Source of the DNA: Candidatus Methanoperedens sp.
GTDB taxonomy: Archaea > Halobacteriota > Methanosarcinia > Methanosarcinales > Methanoperedenaceae
Assembly: GCA_041494705.1 (NCBI GenBank)
Contig: JBGQBI010000002.1
Span: 416,501-448,500, forward strand
Direction: 5' to 3'
DNA length: 32,000 bases
Shown: piece by piece, positions 7,403 to 15,405 of the stretch
Layout of the letters: each line of letters opens with the position of its first letter
Numbering within the stretch: the stretch's first letter is position 1
Position numbers and translations under genes: made by a program
Notes under the pieces: model-generated
What the model was told of the DNA's origin: nothing
Seen by the model: only the letters and a program-made list of their open reading frames with translations
Databases searched by the model: none

Positions 7403-8428
7403 ATGTCTCTCACCGCAGTTGTACGGGATATTCGCAAAAGACAGAAGGTCAAATTCAATCCGCCCGACAGGCCGACGGCTGTATGGACTGGTAAGGATTT
7501 GCTTGACGGGAAGCCCATTACCGCCCTTACTGTGATTTTCCAGACATCGGGCTGTCGCTGGAACAATTGCACCATGTGCGGGTACGTTTATGACAGCGCG
7601 CAAAAGCCTCCATCGCACGATGAGCTGATGAAGCAGTTCGGGAATGCTATGTCGAGATGTAAAGACGAGGAGTTCATATTGAAAATATTCACCTCGGGCA
7701 GCTTCCTTGACGACGGCGAGATCGATGCGGCGACCCGCAACGAGATGCTCTCGCGCCTTGGGGCAGATAACAGGGTGAAAAAAGTCATTGCAGAGACAAG
7801 ACCCGAATACGTGACCAGGAAAAAGGTCTCCGAATCCATGGCGAGTCTTGGTAAAAGATTCGAGGTGGCTATCGGACTTGAAACAAGTAACGATATGATA
7901 CGGAAGGACTGCATCAATAAGGGTTTTACGTTCTCGGATTTTGTCAGGGCAAGCGAAGCCGCAAAGAATGAAGGTGCAACAGTGAAGGCATACCTTATGC
8001 TTAAACCTCCTTTCCTTTCGGAAGGCATAGCCATGAACGACATGATACAATCCATCAACGATGCTTCGCCATATGCGGGAACAATATCGGTCAACCTGTG
8101 CAATGTCCAGAAAGGCACGCTTGTGGATGAGATGTTCGAGCGCGGGGATTACCGTCCCCCGTGGCTGTGGAGCGCAGTGGAAGTCCTGAAAAAAGGGAAG
8201 GATTCGAATCCAGATACAATCCTGATGTCCGACCCCGTTGGCGCAGGTTCGGCTCGCGGCCCCCACAATTGCGGCAAATGCGATAAGGACGTGGCAGAGG
8301 CGATACGTAACTTCTCGCTGTCCCAGGATGCGGGTGTTTTTGATAACCTTGATTGCGAGTGCAGGGAATTGTGGAAAAAGGTGGTTGAGCTTGAAGAGCA
8401 CACCTTTGGCGCGCCGATTGTGAAATAG
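7403..8428 (+). CDS. radical SAM protein, archaeal TIGR01210/RaSEA-like (possible archaeosine synthesis partner)
   Basis: Cys cluster FQTSGCRWNNCTMCGY near the N-terminus and a radical SAM-like core (IFTSGSFLD, IGLETSND). The track start at 7394 is a TTG and the ATG is at 7403. The RaSEA assignment is from memory of the family, not a search. Confidence 0.7.
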   Translation: MSLTAVVRDIRKRQKVKFNPPDRPTAVWTGKDLLDGKPITALTVIFQTSGCRWNNCTMCGYVYDSAQKPPSHDELMKQFGNAMSRCKDEEFILKIFTSGSFLDDGEIDAATRNEMLSRLGADNRVKKVIAETRPEYVTRKKVSESMASLGKRFEVAIGLETSNDMIRKDCINKGFTFSDFVRASEAAKNEGATVKAYLMLKPPFLSEGIAMNDMIQSINDASPYAGTISVNLCNVQKGTLVDEMFERGDYRPPWLWSAVEVLKKGKDSNPDTILMSDPVGAGSARGPHNCGKCDKDVAEAIRNFSLSQDAGVFDNLDCECRELWKKVVELEEHTFGAPIVK

Positions 8429-8483
8429 ATGCCTTTAAGTACATCATATATACATACTAACAATACATCAATTAAGGTGTATT

Positions 8484-8711
8484 ATGAATACAGTCAGAGT
8501 TAATATAACTTTACCTTCAGAAATCGCAGAAATGTTGAAAGATGTGAAAAATAAATCCGGTTTTATAGCGGAAGCAATACGGGATAGGATTGAGCGAGAG
8601 AAGAAAGCGTATCTTATAAGAGAATTAACCGAAGGCTACAAGGCAAGTAAACGGGAAGACAAACAGCTTACTGAAGATTGGGATGCAACTTCGGGAGATG
8701 GGATTGATTAA
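8484..8711 (+). CDS. ribbon-helix-helix (CopG-like) antitoxin
   Basis: 75 aa. The N-terminus VRVNITLPSEIAEMLKD fits an RHH beta-strand plus helix. AAGGTG lies upstream. It overlaps the downstream MazF gene by 14 nt. Confidence 0.7.
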   Translation: MNTVRVNITLPSEIAEMLKDVKNKSGFIAEAIRDRIEREKKAYLIRELTEGYKASKREDKQLTEDWDATSGDGID

Positions 8712-9042
8712 AAGGGGTGATATTTATTGGGTTAAACTTGACCCGATAGAAGGTTCTGAGATAGGAAAAATAAGACCTGCACTTGTTATTTCAAACGACA
8801 TTAACAATGAATTGGCAGATACGGTAACTATTGTTCCTATTACTTCAAACACAGGAAAGGTGTATCCTTTTGATGTTCTTGTACGTAAGGGAACTGCAAA
8901 TCTGACTGACGATTCCAAAATAAAGGCAAACCAGATACGAACTGTGGATAAAAGAAGGATAAGGGACATGATAGGCACAGTACCCCCAACCATTTTAGAA
9001 AAAATTGAAACTGCAATAAAGATTCATCTTGGTTTTAAATAA
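8698..9042 (+). CDS. mazF: MazF/PemK-family endoribonuclease toxin
   Basis: KRGDIYWVKLDPIEGSEIGKIRPALVIS..VTIVPITS is the classic PemK/MazF signature. I prefer the ATG at 8698 (MGLIKRGD) to the track start at 8683. Confidence 0.85.
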   Translation: MGLIKRGDIYWVKLDPIEGSEIGKIRPALVISNDINNELADTVTIVPITSNTGKVYPFDVLVRKGTANLTDDSKIKANQIRTVDKRRIRDMIGTVPPTILEKIETAIKIHLGFK

Positions 9043-9055
9043 AAGTTAGTTCTGT

Positions 9056-10072
9056 TTAAGATAGCTTTTTTATTATCTCATCCACCATTTCACTTGATTT
9101 TGCGCTGCCCCCGAGGTCATAGGTCAGGTTTTTTCCTTCGGCTATCACTTTTTCGGCAGCGTCAAAGATTGCTTTTGAATTCTCTTTCTCTCCCAGATAA
9201 TCAAGGACCCACGCACCTGCAAGCACGGTAGCAACAGGATTTACCTTATCCTGCCCCGCATATTTTGGCGCCGAGCCGTGTGCGGGCTCAAACATGGCAT
9301 AATCATCCCCGATATTTGCAGAATAAATAAGCCCGATGCTGCCCACAAGGGCGGAGCATTCCTCACTCAGGATATCCATGAAAAGATTCGTGGAGAGGAG
9401 GACTTTCTTGTTGAAAATTTGCGGGTTCTTGATTAACTGCTGCGCGATATTATCGATGTGGTATTCTTCTAATTCTATTCCGGGATAGTTTTTCCCCATC
9501 TTTTCAACTTCCTCAAGGAATGTGCCGCATGTCTGCTTGAGTATGTTGCTCTTGTGGATTGCCACAACGCTTTTCCATCCATGCCGTGCTGCTTCTTCAA
9601 ATGCATAACGGGCGACATTCCTGCATGCTGGGCGCGTGATTTTTCTAATGGCTATGAAAACATCATCCGTGAGCTGGACTTCCTTGCCAAAATATAGTCC
9701 TTCAGTGCCTTCCCTCACGCACACAAAATCAACATCTCCAAGAGGTTTCTGCGTGTTTGGGAAAGATTTTATCGGTCTCACGTTGGCATAGAGGTTGAAC
9801 TTCTGGCGGATTGATACTGCCACGCTCTTCGGGGAACCGGCGCCCCCCGGTGTTGTTGTCGGGCCTTTAAAACCTGCGTCGGTTTTGCCCAGGATGTCCC
9901 ATGTTTCAGGGGGAATGAGCGAATCACCGCCGTGTTCTTTCCACCATCCTTCCCCTGCCTCGCATGTTATGAACTCAACCTTTGTCCCTGCCGCTTCAAC
10001 CACCCGGAGCATACTGTTTACAAGCTCAGGACCGACGCCGTCGCCTTTTATGACTGCTGCTTTTTTGCTCAT
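9056..10072 (-). CDS. isocitrate/isopropylmalate dehydrogenase family protein
   Basis: 338 aa with AVIKGDGVGPELV, LYANVRP, REGTEGLY, GSIGL..ANIG and FEPAHGSAPK, typical of beta-decarboxylating dehydrogenases. Substrate cannot be assigned from sequence alone. Confidence 0.85.
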   Translation of the reverse strand: MSKKAAVIKGDGVGPELVNSMLRVVEAAGTKVEFITCEAGEGWWKEHGGDSLIPPETWDILGKTDAGFKGPTTTPGGAGSPKSVAVSIRQKFNLYANVRPIKSFPNTQKPLGDVDFVCVREGTEGLYFGKEVQLTDDVFIAIRKITRPACRNVARYAFEEAARHGWKSVVAIHKSNILKQTCGTFLEEVEKMGKNYPGIELEEYHIDNIAQQLIKNPQIFNKKVLLSTNLFMDILSEECSALVGSIGLIYSANIGDDYAMFEPAHGSAPKYAGQDKVNPVATVLAGAWVLDYLGEKENSKAIFDAAEKVIAEGKNLTYDLGGSAKSSEMVDEIIKKLS

Positions 10073-10091
10073 AATTATCTTTCCTGCCCCT

Positions 10092-10814
10092 TCATTTATC
10101 CGAAGCGCTATTAAGTTTATCCAGATACATCCTCAATGAAATCAATGAGAGCGCGCTTGCTGTTATGTTGCCCCAGTTATCCCTGACCTGCTTTTCAAGA
10201 AGCCATTTTATCGATGGGCCAATTTCCTTTTCAATATCCCTTTCCCCTGCAAGGATCAATGCCTGAATCGCAAGGTTACTTGTGGCGATATGCGTCCATC
10301 CTCCGAACAATCGTTTTGAAAGGAGCCAGCCCGCCCTGTCATTTATGAAAAACCTGTAATCGTTCCCATCCTGTTTTAAAAGCGCCGTGATAATTAGCGA
10401 TGTCGTGCCCGCGTGTTCCCACTTTTCCCCGTAATTGCGAACCAGCCACTCACATCCGGGCTCGTTTTTGACGCCGCTATCCCCAAGCGCAATCAGGGCA
10501 TAAGCGGTATCAATCTCGTTATCGTTCCAGTTGTCGTTTTTTTGCTGGTTGAGAACCCAGCGGAGCGAATCAGATTGTATAAGCCCGCATCCCGCCAGCG
10601 CGCTGCATGCCCTTGCAGTGTCAATCAGAGGAGTATCCGTTTTCCAGAATCCGTCTTTTTTCCCCGACAACAATAGTTCAATCAATCCGGATGCAGGTTC
10701 ATTCCACAAAGACAACGCCTGGATGGAGCGGGAGATATCTTTTATCGCGACGGGTTTTTGTTTTTTTAACCAGTCCAACCCGCGCATTGCAGCAATATCG
10801 ATTCCTTGAATCAT
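10092..10814 (-). CDS. prenyltransferase/squalene-cyclase-like alpha-alpha repeat protein
   Basis: 240 aa with repeated Trp/Gly-containing helical repeats (DGFWKT, NDNWND, FGGWTH, RDNWGN), reminiscent of terpenoid cyclase/prenyltransferase repeats. It ends 19 nt upstream of the dehydrogenase gene. Confidence 0.5.
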   Translation of the reverse strand: MIQGIDIAAMRGLDWLKKQKPVAIKDISRSIQALSLWNEPASGLIELLLSGKKDGFWKTDTPLIDTARACSALAGCGLIQSDSLRWVLNQQKNDNWNDNEIDTAYALIALGDSGVKNEPGCEWLVRNYGEKWEHAGTTSLIITALLKQDGNDYRFFINDRAGWLLSKRLFGGWTHIATSNLAIQALILAGERDIEKEIGPSIKWLLEKQVRDNWGNITASALSLISLRMYLDKLNSASDK

Positions 10815-10877
10815 GCAATTAATCCATAATGATTAGATAGTTTTAATAGCAATCGGATAAAAGTAGGCGTACCATCA

Positions 10878-11093
10878 GGGGCTGTGGCCTAGTCCGGCAT
10901 GGCGACGGGCTCCAGCGGAAAACCCCGGAATCCGGGGTGTGATGATGAGCAACGGGTCTGCCGAGCGAACCGGACGCGGTAAGCTGTGAGGAACCGTTGG
11001 AGCACTGAACGTGCTGCTCAAAGATTAAATCGCCAAAAACCTGGCGTTTTCGGAGAGACCCGTCGATCGTGAGTTCAAATCTCACCAGCCCCA
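10878..11093 (+). tRNA. tRNA-Trp (anticodon CCA at 10912-10914) interrupted by a 142-nt intron (10916-11057)
   Basis: Exons fold into a cloverleaf. Acceptor GGGGCTG/CAGCCCC, anticodon stem ACGGG/CCCGT, T arm GTGAG-TTCAAAT-CTCAC, discriminator A. There is a canonical bulge-helix-bulge: 3-nt bulge AG|C, central helix CUCC(10910-10913)/GGAG(11052-11055), 3-nt bulge AG|A. The outer helix is GGAAA/UUUUC. Both predicted cuts fall at position 37/38. Confidence 0.9.
10916..11057 (+). ncRNA. intron-encoded box C/D guide RNA predicted to direct 2'-O-methylation of C34 and C39 of tRNA-Trp
   Basis: C box GTGATGA (10939-10945, or ATGATGA 10942-10948). Guide ACGGGTCTG (10952-10960) lies before a degenerate D' box CCGA (10961-10964). 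C'-like box TGTGAGGA (10985-10992). Guide CCGTTGGAGC (10994-11003) lies before D box CTGA (11005-11008). By the N+5 rule the guides pair with positions 39 and 34 of this same tRNA. Confidence 0.75.
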
Positions 11094-11524
11094 TTTCCCA
11101 CAAAACCAGGATAAAGTATATATATCATTATGTTTATGACAGTGATTCGACGAGCGGGAACATTTTTTTACTAACCCCCACTCCCCAACCCGCTCGTCAT
11201 TCTTTTTACAATGTTTTTTGTGATTATCATCGCCTATCTGGCGATTGTTTTTATGCGAATTGCGTGAGGAACCAAAAAAAAGATTGACGGATAGGATAGT
11301 GGTGGTTACCTTGGTTCCTCTAACCCTAAATTAAACCAGATAAATAAAGCAATTTTCCAATATTATACCCTAATTTATGCCGGATTTAACCTTTAACTTC
11401 AGGTTGCATCGAATTGGATGTAAACGGCTCTGTTTCTACCTGTAATGCTTCTTTCGACTGAACCTACCACAGATAGCGTCAGAAGTCTATATTTATACCT
11501 ATTGACATGAATTAAAGAGATTTT

Positions 11525-11610
11525 ATGAAAAAACTTTATGAAAGTTTTATCAAAAGAAGGGGTATGCGCAGCATACCCCTATACCGCATAAAGCGAGGTG
11601 TCGCTTTATG
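11525..11610 (+). repeat. mosaic hairpin element, copy A (modules H7-H2-H1) forming the argH leader
   Basis: H7 is AAAACTTT-atg-AAAGTTTT (11530-11548). H2 is GGGGTATGC-gca-GCATACCCC (11559-11579). H1 is CATAAAGCGA-ggtg-TCGCTTTATG (11587-11610), whose last three bases are the argH ATG. The same modules recur at 19250-19447 and 20327-20403, and H7 also at 27166-27298. Confidence 0.85.
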
Positions 11611-13086
11611 AATATACTAAGGCGAGGTCGTCTCCAGGTCAAACAGGATGAAGACATAATGCGGTTCACATCGTCAATGGAAGCGGACAAACGGATATTC
11701 GACGCTGATATTGACGTGGATAAAGCCCACGTTGTCATGTTAAAAGAGCAGGGCATCATAAAGGAAAGCGAATGCTCAACCATCCTCTCAGGTCTTGAAA
11801 AGATTCAAAAGGAAGGAATTTCCGCTCTTGATGCCTCGTATGAAGATGTCCACATAGCCCTTGAGGCCCGGCTTATTGAACTTGTGGGCGAGGATACGGG
11901 AGGGCGCATGCATTCCGGGCGTTCGCGCAACGATGAGGTCGCAACATGCATACGCATCGCGCTGCGCACGGAACTTGCATTCCTTCTGGAGGAAGTTCAT
12001 ACACTTGCCGCAACGCTTGTCAAAACAGCAGAAGAACATCGTGAAACCATTATGCCCGGATACACCCACACCCAGCACGCCCAGCCAACCACGCTGGCCC
12101 ATCACCTGCTGGCGCATGCAAACGCGCTTTCGCGCGACATTGAAAGGATAAAAGCGGCTTTTGGTCACACGAACCAGAACCCTCTTGGTGCTGCCGCATT
12201 TGCTTCAACCGGCTTTCCCATAAACAGGGAAAGGACAACGGAACTCCTCGGGTTTGACTCTGCACTTTCGAATTCCATGGATGCCGTAAGTACCCGCGAT
12301 TTTATGATAGAAAGCTTAAGCTCCTTCTCCAATTTGATGACGGACTTAAGCCGCATGGCTGAAGAATTTGTCCTCTGGAGTTCATCCGAATTCGGTTTTA
12401 TCGAGCTTGATGACAGGTATTCATCCACATCGTCCATAATGCCGCAAAAGAAGAATCCCGATATTGCGGAACTTTTGCGCGCAAAGACGGGAACGGTTCA
12501 CGGCGCCCTCATGTCTGTTTTAACTATCTGCAAGGCGCTTCCGTACAGCTACAACCGCGACCTCCAGGAGGCAACGCCTCACCTCTGGCGCGCCGCCGAT
12601 ACAGTTCGAGCTTCTACGCGTATGGCAGAGGGCATGGTCAGTACAATGAAAATCAAAAAGGAAACGATGAAGCTTGCATCAAACACAGGATTCATGACTG
12701 CAACAGAGCTTGCAGATACTATTGTCCGGGCAACAGGCATCCCTTTTCGGACTGCGCATCATATCGTGGGCTCAATCGCAAAGACAGGAAAAAACCCCAC
12801 TCTTTCCCTGCTGGATGAAATTTCATTAAAGATCCTTGGGGAAAAATTAAGCGACATGGGACTTTCTGAAAAAGCCGTTAAAGAAGCTCTTGACCCTCTG
12901 GTAAACATAAGAAAACGTACAGTCTCCGGAGGACCTGCTCCCAAAGAGATAAAGCGACAGATAGCCGTAATCAAGAAAAAACTTGCTGGAAGCGAGAACG
13001 ATATTAAAGTTATTAATAACAAGATTAATAAAGCAAAAGAAAAACTTGCCCTGGTTTGCGAGCAACAATTTAAGAAAACGATATGA
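11608..13086 (+). CDS. argH: argininosuccinate lyase
   Basis: 492 aa with GRMHSGRSRNDEVATCIR, the fumarate-lyase signature SSIMPQKKNPD and YNRDLQE. Confidence 0.95.
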   Translation: MNILRRGRLQVKQDEDIMRFTSSMEADKRIFDADIDVDKAHVVMLKEQGIIKESECSTILSGLEKIQKEGISALDASYEDVHIALEARLIELVGEDTGGRMHSGRSRNDEVATCIRIALRTELAFLLEEVHTLAATLVKTAEEHRETIMPGYTHTQHAQPTTLAHHLLAHANALSRDIERIKAAFGHTNQNPLGAAAFASTGFPINRERTTELLGFDSALSNSMDAVSTRDFMIESLSSFSNLMTDLSRMAEEFVLWSSSEFGFIELDDRYSSTSSIMPQKKNPDIAELLRAKTGTVHGALMSVLTICKALPYSYNRDLQEATPHLWRAADTVRASTRMAEGMVSTMKIKKETMKLASNTGFMTATELADTIVRATGIPFRTAHHIVGSIAKTGKNPTLSLLDEISLKILGEKLSDMGLSEKAVKEALDPLVNIRKRTVSGGPAPKEIKRQIAVIKKKLAGSENDIKVINNKINKAKEKLALVCEQQFKKTI

Positions 13087-14198
13087 GCGAAGAAAAACCG
13101 GTATACCTGCCAGAAGAAAAAAAAGAGGAAACTATAGTTCCTCCACCCAAGTCCAATGGTAATTGCGCTTTCTGTGTCGCACTTCCGGTAGCCGGAGGAA
13201 AACCATTAAAATTAACCGGTGACAACCCGCATGATTTTTTACAATTCCTTACAGAATCATCAGTAGCCTGGTTAAACTTCCCGGTAAAAGACATAAAGAA
13301 AGACGCAGATATAATCGCAATGTCTCTCGGGTTCAGTTCCACCCTTGTACCCACTCTTTTCTCCGGTTATCATTCGGCATATGAAGACAGGGACACCGAA
13401 ATGGGACTGATGCTTCCTGCAGTAAATGTGAAGAAGTTTGATGTTCTCATCAGCCCGATATTGATTTTGATAAGAAAAGACCTGATCCTGACCATACATG
13501 AAGAGAACGTCAACCGTTTGATAAGACTATCCAGATATGCAGATGCCTTCATGAGAAAAATCAAACCTACCCTGATAAATGAGGACAAATTAACAATCAT
13601 CCTGACAAGAATAATAGATGAGAATATTAACAGGAATTTTGATCATCTGCGCGAGATAGAGGCGCAGGGAGACGATTTGAGCAAGATTCTGACCGATACG
13701 ACGACTCCCAGGGGACTGATCGGTCCTGAAATTTATAACATGAAACATGCCCTTATAAGCTATATGGATACGCTGTGGGCTACCCTTGATGTAGTAAATT
13801 CACTAAGGCATGGCGATGCCGAACTAATAAGCGACAGCCCTAAATTACTTGCCCGTCTTGGCATACTCTCTGATGACGTCAACAGGCATATTGCACTCAG
13901 CGAGCACATGTCGGATGTTTTGGCTTCGGGACTTGAAGTGCTCCAGAGCATCTACAACAACCAGCTCCAGGTTTTAAATAACAGGCTTGCCCTTGTCATG
14001 ACGTGGCTTACCATACTCGGAACAGCCGTGTTAGTACCAAACACGCTTGCTACGGTTTTCAGCAATCCTGCCTTCAGTATGGGACCTCAGGATAAAACAT
14101 GGTATTCCCTGCTCCTTATTTTTTCCACGATATTTGCGACATGGGCTGCTTACTGGTGGATAAAAAAGAAAGGATTGATGCCCTTAAAAGTGGACTGA
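13083..14198 (+). CDS. CorA-like divalent cation transporter family protein with non-canonical pore motif
   Basis: 371 aa with a CorA-like soluble N-domain and two C-terminal TM helices (WLTILGTAVLVPNTLATVF, WYSLLLIFSTIFATWAAYWWI). Where YGMNF is expected the sequence is FSNPAF. Its ATG overlaps the argH stop (ATGA). Confidence 0.6.
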   Translation: MSEEKPVYLPEEKKEETIVPPPKSNGNCAFCVALPVAGGKPLKLTGDNPHDFLQFLTESSVAWLNFPVKDIKKDADIIAMSLGFSSTLVPTLFSGYHSAYEDRDTEMGLMLPAVNVKKFDVLISPILILIRKDLILTIHEENVNRLIRLSRYADAFMRKIKPTLINEDKLTIILTRIIDENINRNFDHLREIEAQGDDLSKILTDTTTPRGLIGPEIYNMKHALISYMDTLWATLDVVNSLRHGDAELISDSPKLLARLGILSDDVNRHIALSEHMSDVLASGLEVLQSIYNNQLQVLNNRLALVMTWLTILGTAVLVPNTLATVFSNPAFSMGPQDKTWYSLLLIFSTIFATWAAYWWIKKKGLMPLKVD

Positions 14199-15329
14199 TT
14201 ATTTCGTTTTATTCAGTAAATTTGAGATAAAAAGGATTACCAGCATTAGCACGACTATTAAACCCAGCACCAAAAGCATTGAAGATACAACATCTTTTAT
14301 GGTACTTTTTACCGGCGTTTCCTTAATTTCCGGTGTCCCAGTTGGCGTTGGAGTTGGTGTAGTTATGCCCGTGGCTGTCGGTGTAGGAGTTGGCGATGGT
14401 GTAGTCGCTGCAGATTTTGGCAGGTTCAATACCCTGATTGTTTGATTTCCCTGGGGATTAATATCTACAAAAAGGATTTTAGTACCATCCCTGCTCCACA
14501 TTGGATTTAGCTGCCTGAAACCATCCTTAAAAAGAAGTTTTTTCCCTGAACCATCGGGGTTAATGATAAATATTTGCTGACCGCTTGATGCTGCGGTTTC
14601 ATAAGAAACATACAGGATACCATCATGACCCCAGTCCGGGTCAGATTTTTTGAGACCATCGAACGTAATCTGCTTTTTGCCGCTGCCATCGGCATTGGCT
14701 GTGAAGAGCTGTTCGATATATGTGCTGTCATATGAAACATATACAAAGGAGTTCCAATCCGGGCTCCACTCCGGGTTCCACTGCCTGAATTCATCGGTTA
14801 TTACCTGCTTTTTCCCGGTCCCGTCAAGATTGACCTGGTATATCTTTTCATTTCCTGCCGCATCAAAGGAGGTAAATAGTACCGTTTTTGTCTTCGGGTT
14901 CCATGAAGCGCCGCCAAGGGCCGGCGGTTTGTCCTCAGGCGCCCTTCCCTGGCGGGTCTTATCATCGAGGAGCTTTCTCAAACCAGAGCCATCCGGTTTT
15001 ACAAGAAAAATCTTTTCCAACCCGTCAGTGCCATAAGAAATAAAAGAAATGTCATCATCAAACCATGCCACGCCCCATTTTTTAATAGTATCGTTCGTGA
15101 CCTGTTTTTTCCCGGTGCCGTCAACGTTTATCGTGAAAATCTGTTGTCTCCTGGAATCATCATAAGCAACATAGGCTATGGAATTGCCGTCCGGACTCCA
15201 ATCAAGGCTGAATATTAATGTTTCATTGGTCTGGATAACAGAGGAACTCTGGATATTCACGTCAGCCGATACAGGAACCGAAAATAATGATAACAATGCA
15301 AGACAAATTATTAAATATGATACTTTCAT
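14199..15329 (-). CDS. surface-anchored TolB-like beta-propeller (PD40/WD40-like repeat) protein
   Basis: Signal-like N-terminus (MKVSYLIICLALLSLFSVPVSA) and repeated DGSGKK/DGTGKKQ..W.P.WSPDG units. A Pro/Thr linker (PSPTPTPTATGITTPTPTPTGTP) is followed by a C-terminal TM helix. I prefer the ATG at 15329 to the track start at 15359. Confidence 0.7.
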   Translation of the reverse strand: MKVSYLIICLALLSLFSVPVSADVNIQSSSVIQTNETLIFSLDWSPDGNSIAYVAYDDSRRQQIFTINVDGTGKKQVTNDTIKKWGVAWFDDDISFISYGTDGLEKIFLVKPDGSGLRKLLDDKTRQGRAPEDKPPALGGASWNPKTKTVLFTSFDAAGNEKIYQVNLDGTGKKQVITDEFRQWNPEWSPDWNSFVYVSYDSTYIEQLFTANADGSGKKQITFDGLKKSDPDWGHDGILYVSYETAASSGQQIFIINPDGSGKKLLFKDGFRQLNPMWSRDGTKILFVDINPQGNQTIRVLNLPKSAATTPSPTPTPTATGITTPTPTPTGTPEIKETPVKSTIKDVVSSMLLVLGLIVVLMLVILFISNLLNKTK

Positions 15330-15405
15330 AATACCCAACACATAGTTATCTATACACAATGATAAATGTTACGATGCCGGTGTCTTTTTTTTTCAGAAAG
15401 TCATG

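Noticed and set aside
7382-8401. 339-aa minus-strand ORF, nearly as long as the plus-strand gene
   Set aside because: The plus-strand frame carries the radical SAM Cys cluster and a coherent fold-like sequence. The antisense product is Cys/His/Arg-rich with no motif. Long antisense ORFs are common in GC-balanced genes.
10843-11103. 86-aa minus-strand ORF
   Set aside because: It exactly spans the intron-containing tRNA-Trp gene, so the RNA-gene explanation (cloverleaf, BHB, C/D boxes) is far stronger. I first considered SRP/7S RNA for this GC-rich block. I rejected that once the acceptor and T arms and the CCA anticodon were found.
14330-14410. Apparent DNA repeat (GGTGTAGG/GGAGTTGG units)
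   Set aside because: It is simply the coding sequence of the Pro/Thr-rich linker of the TolB-like surface protein on the minus strand, not an independent repeat element.
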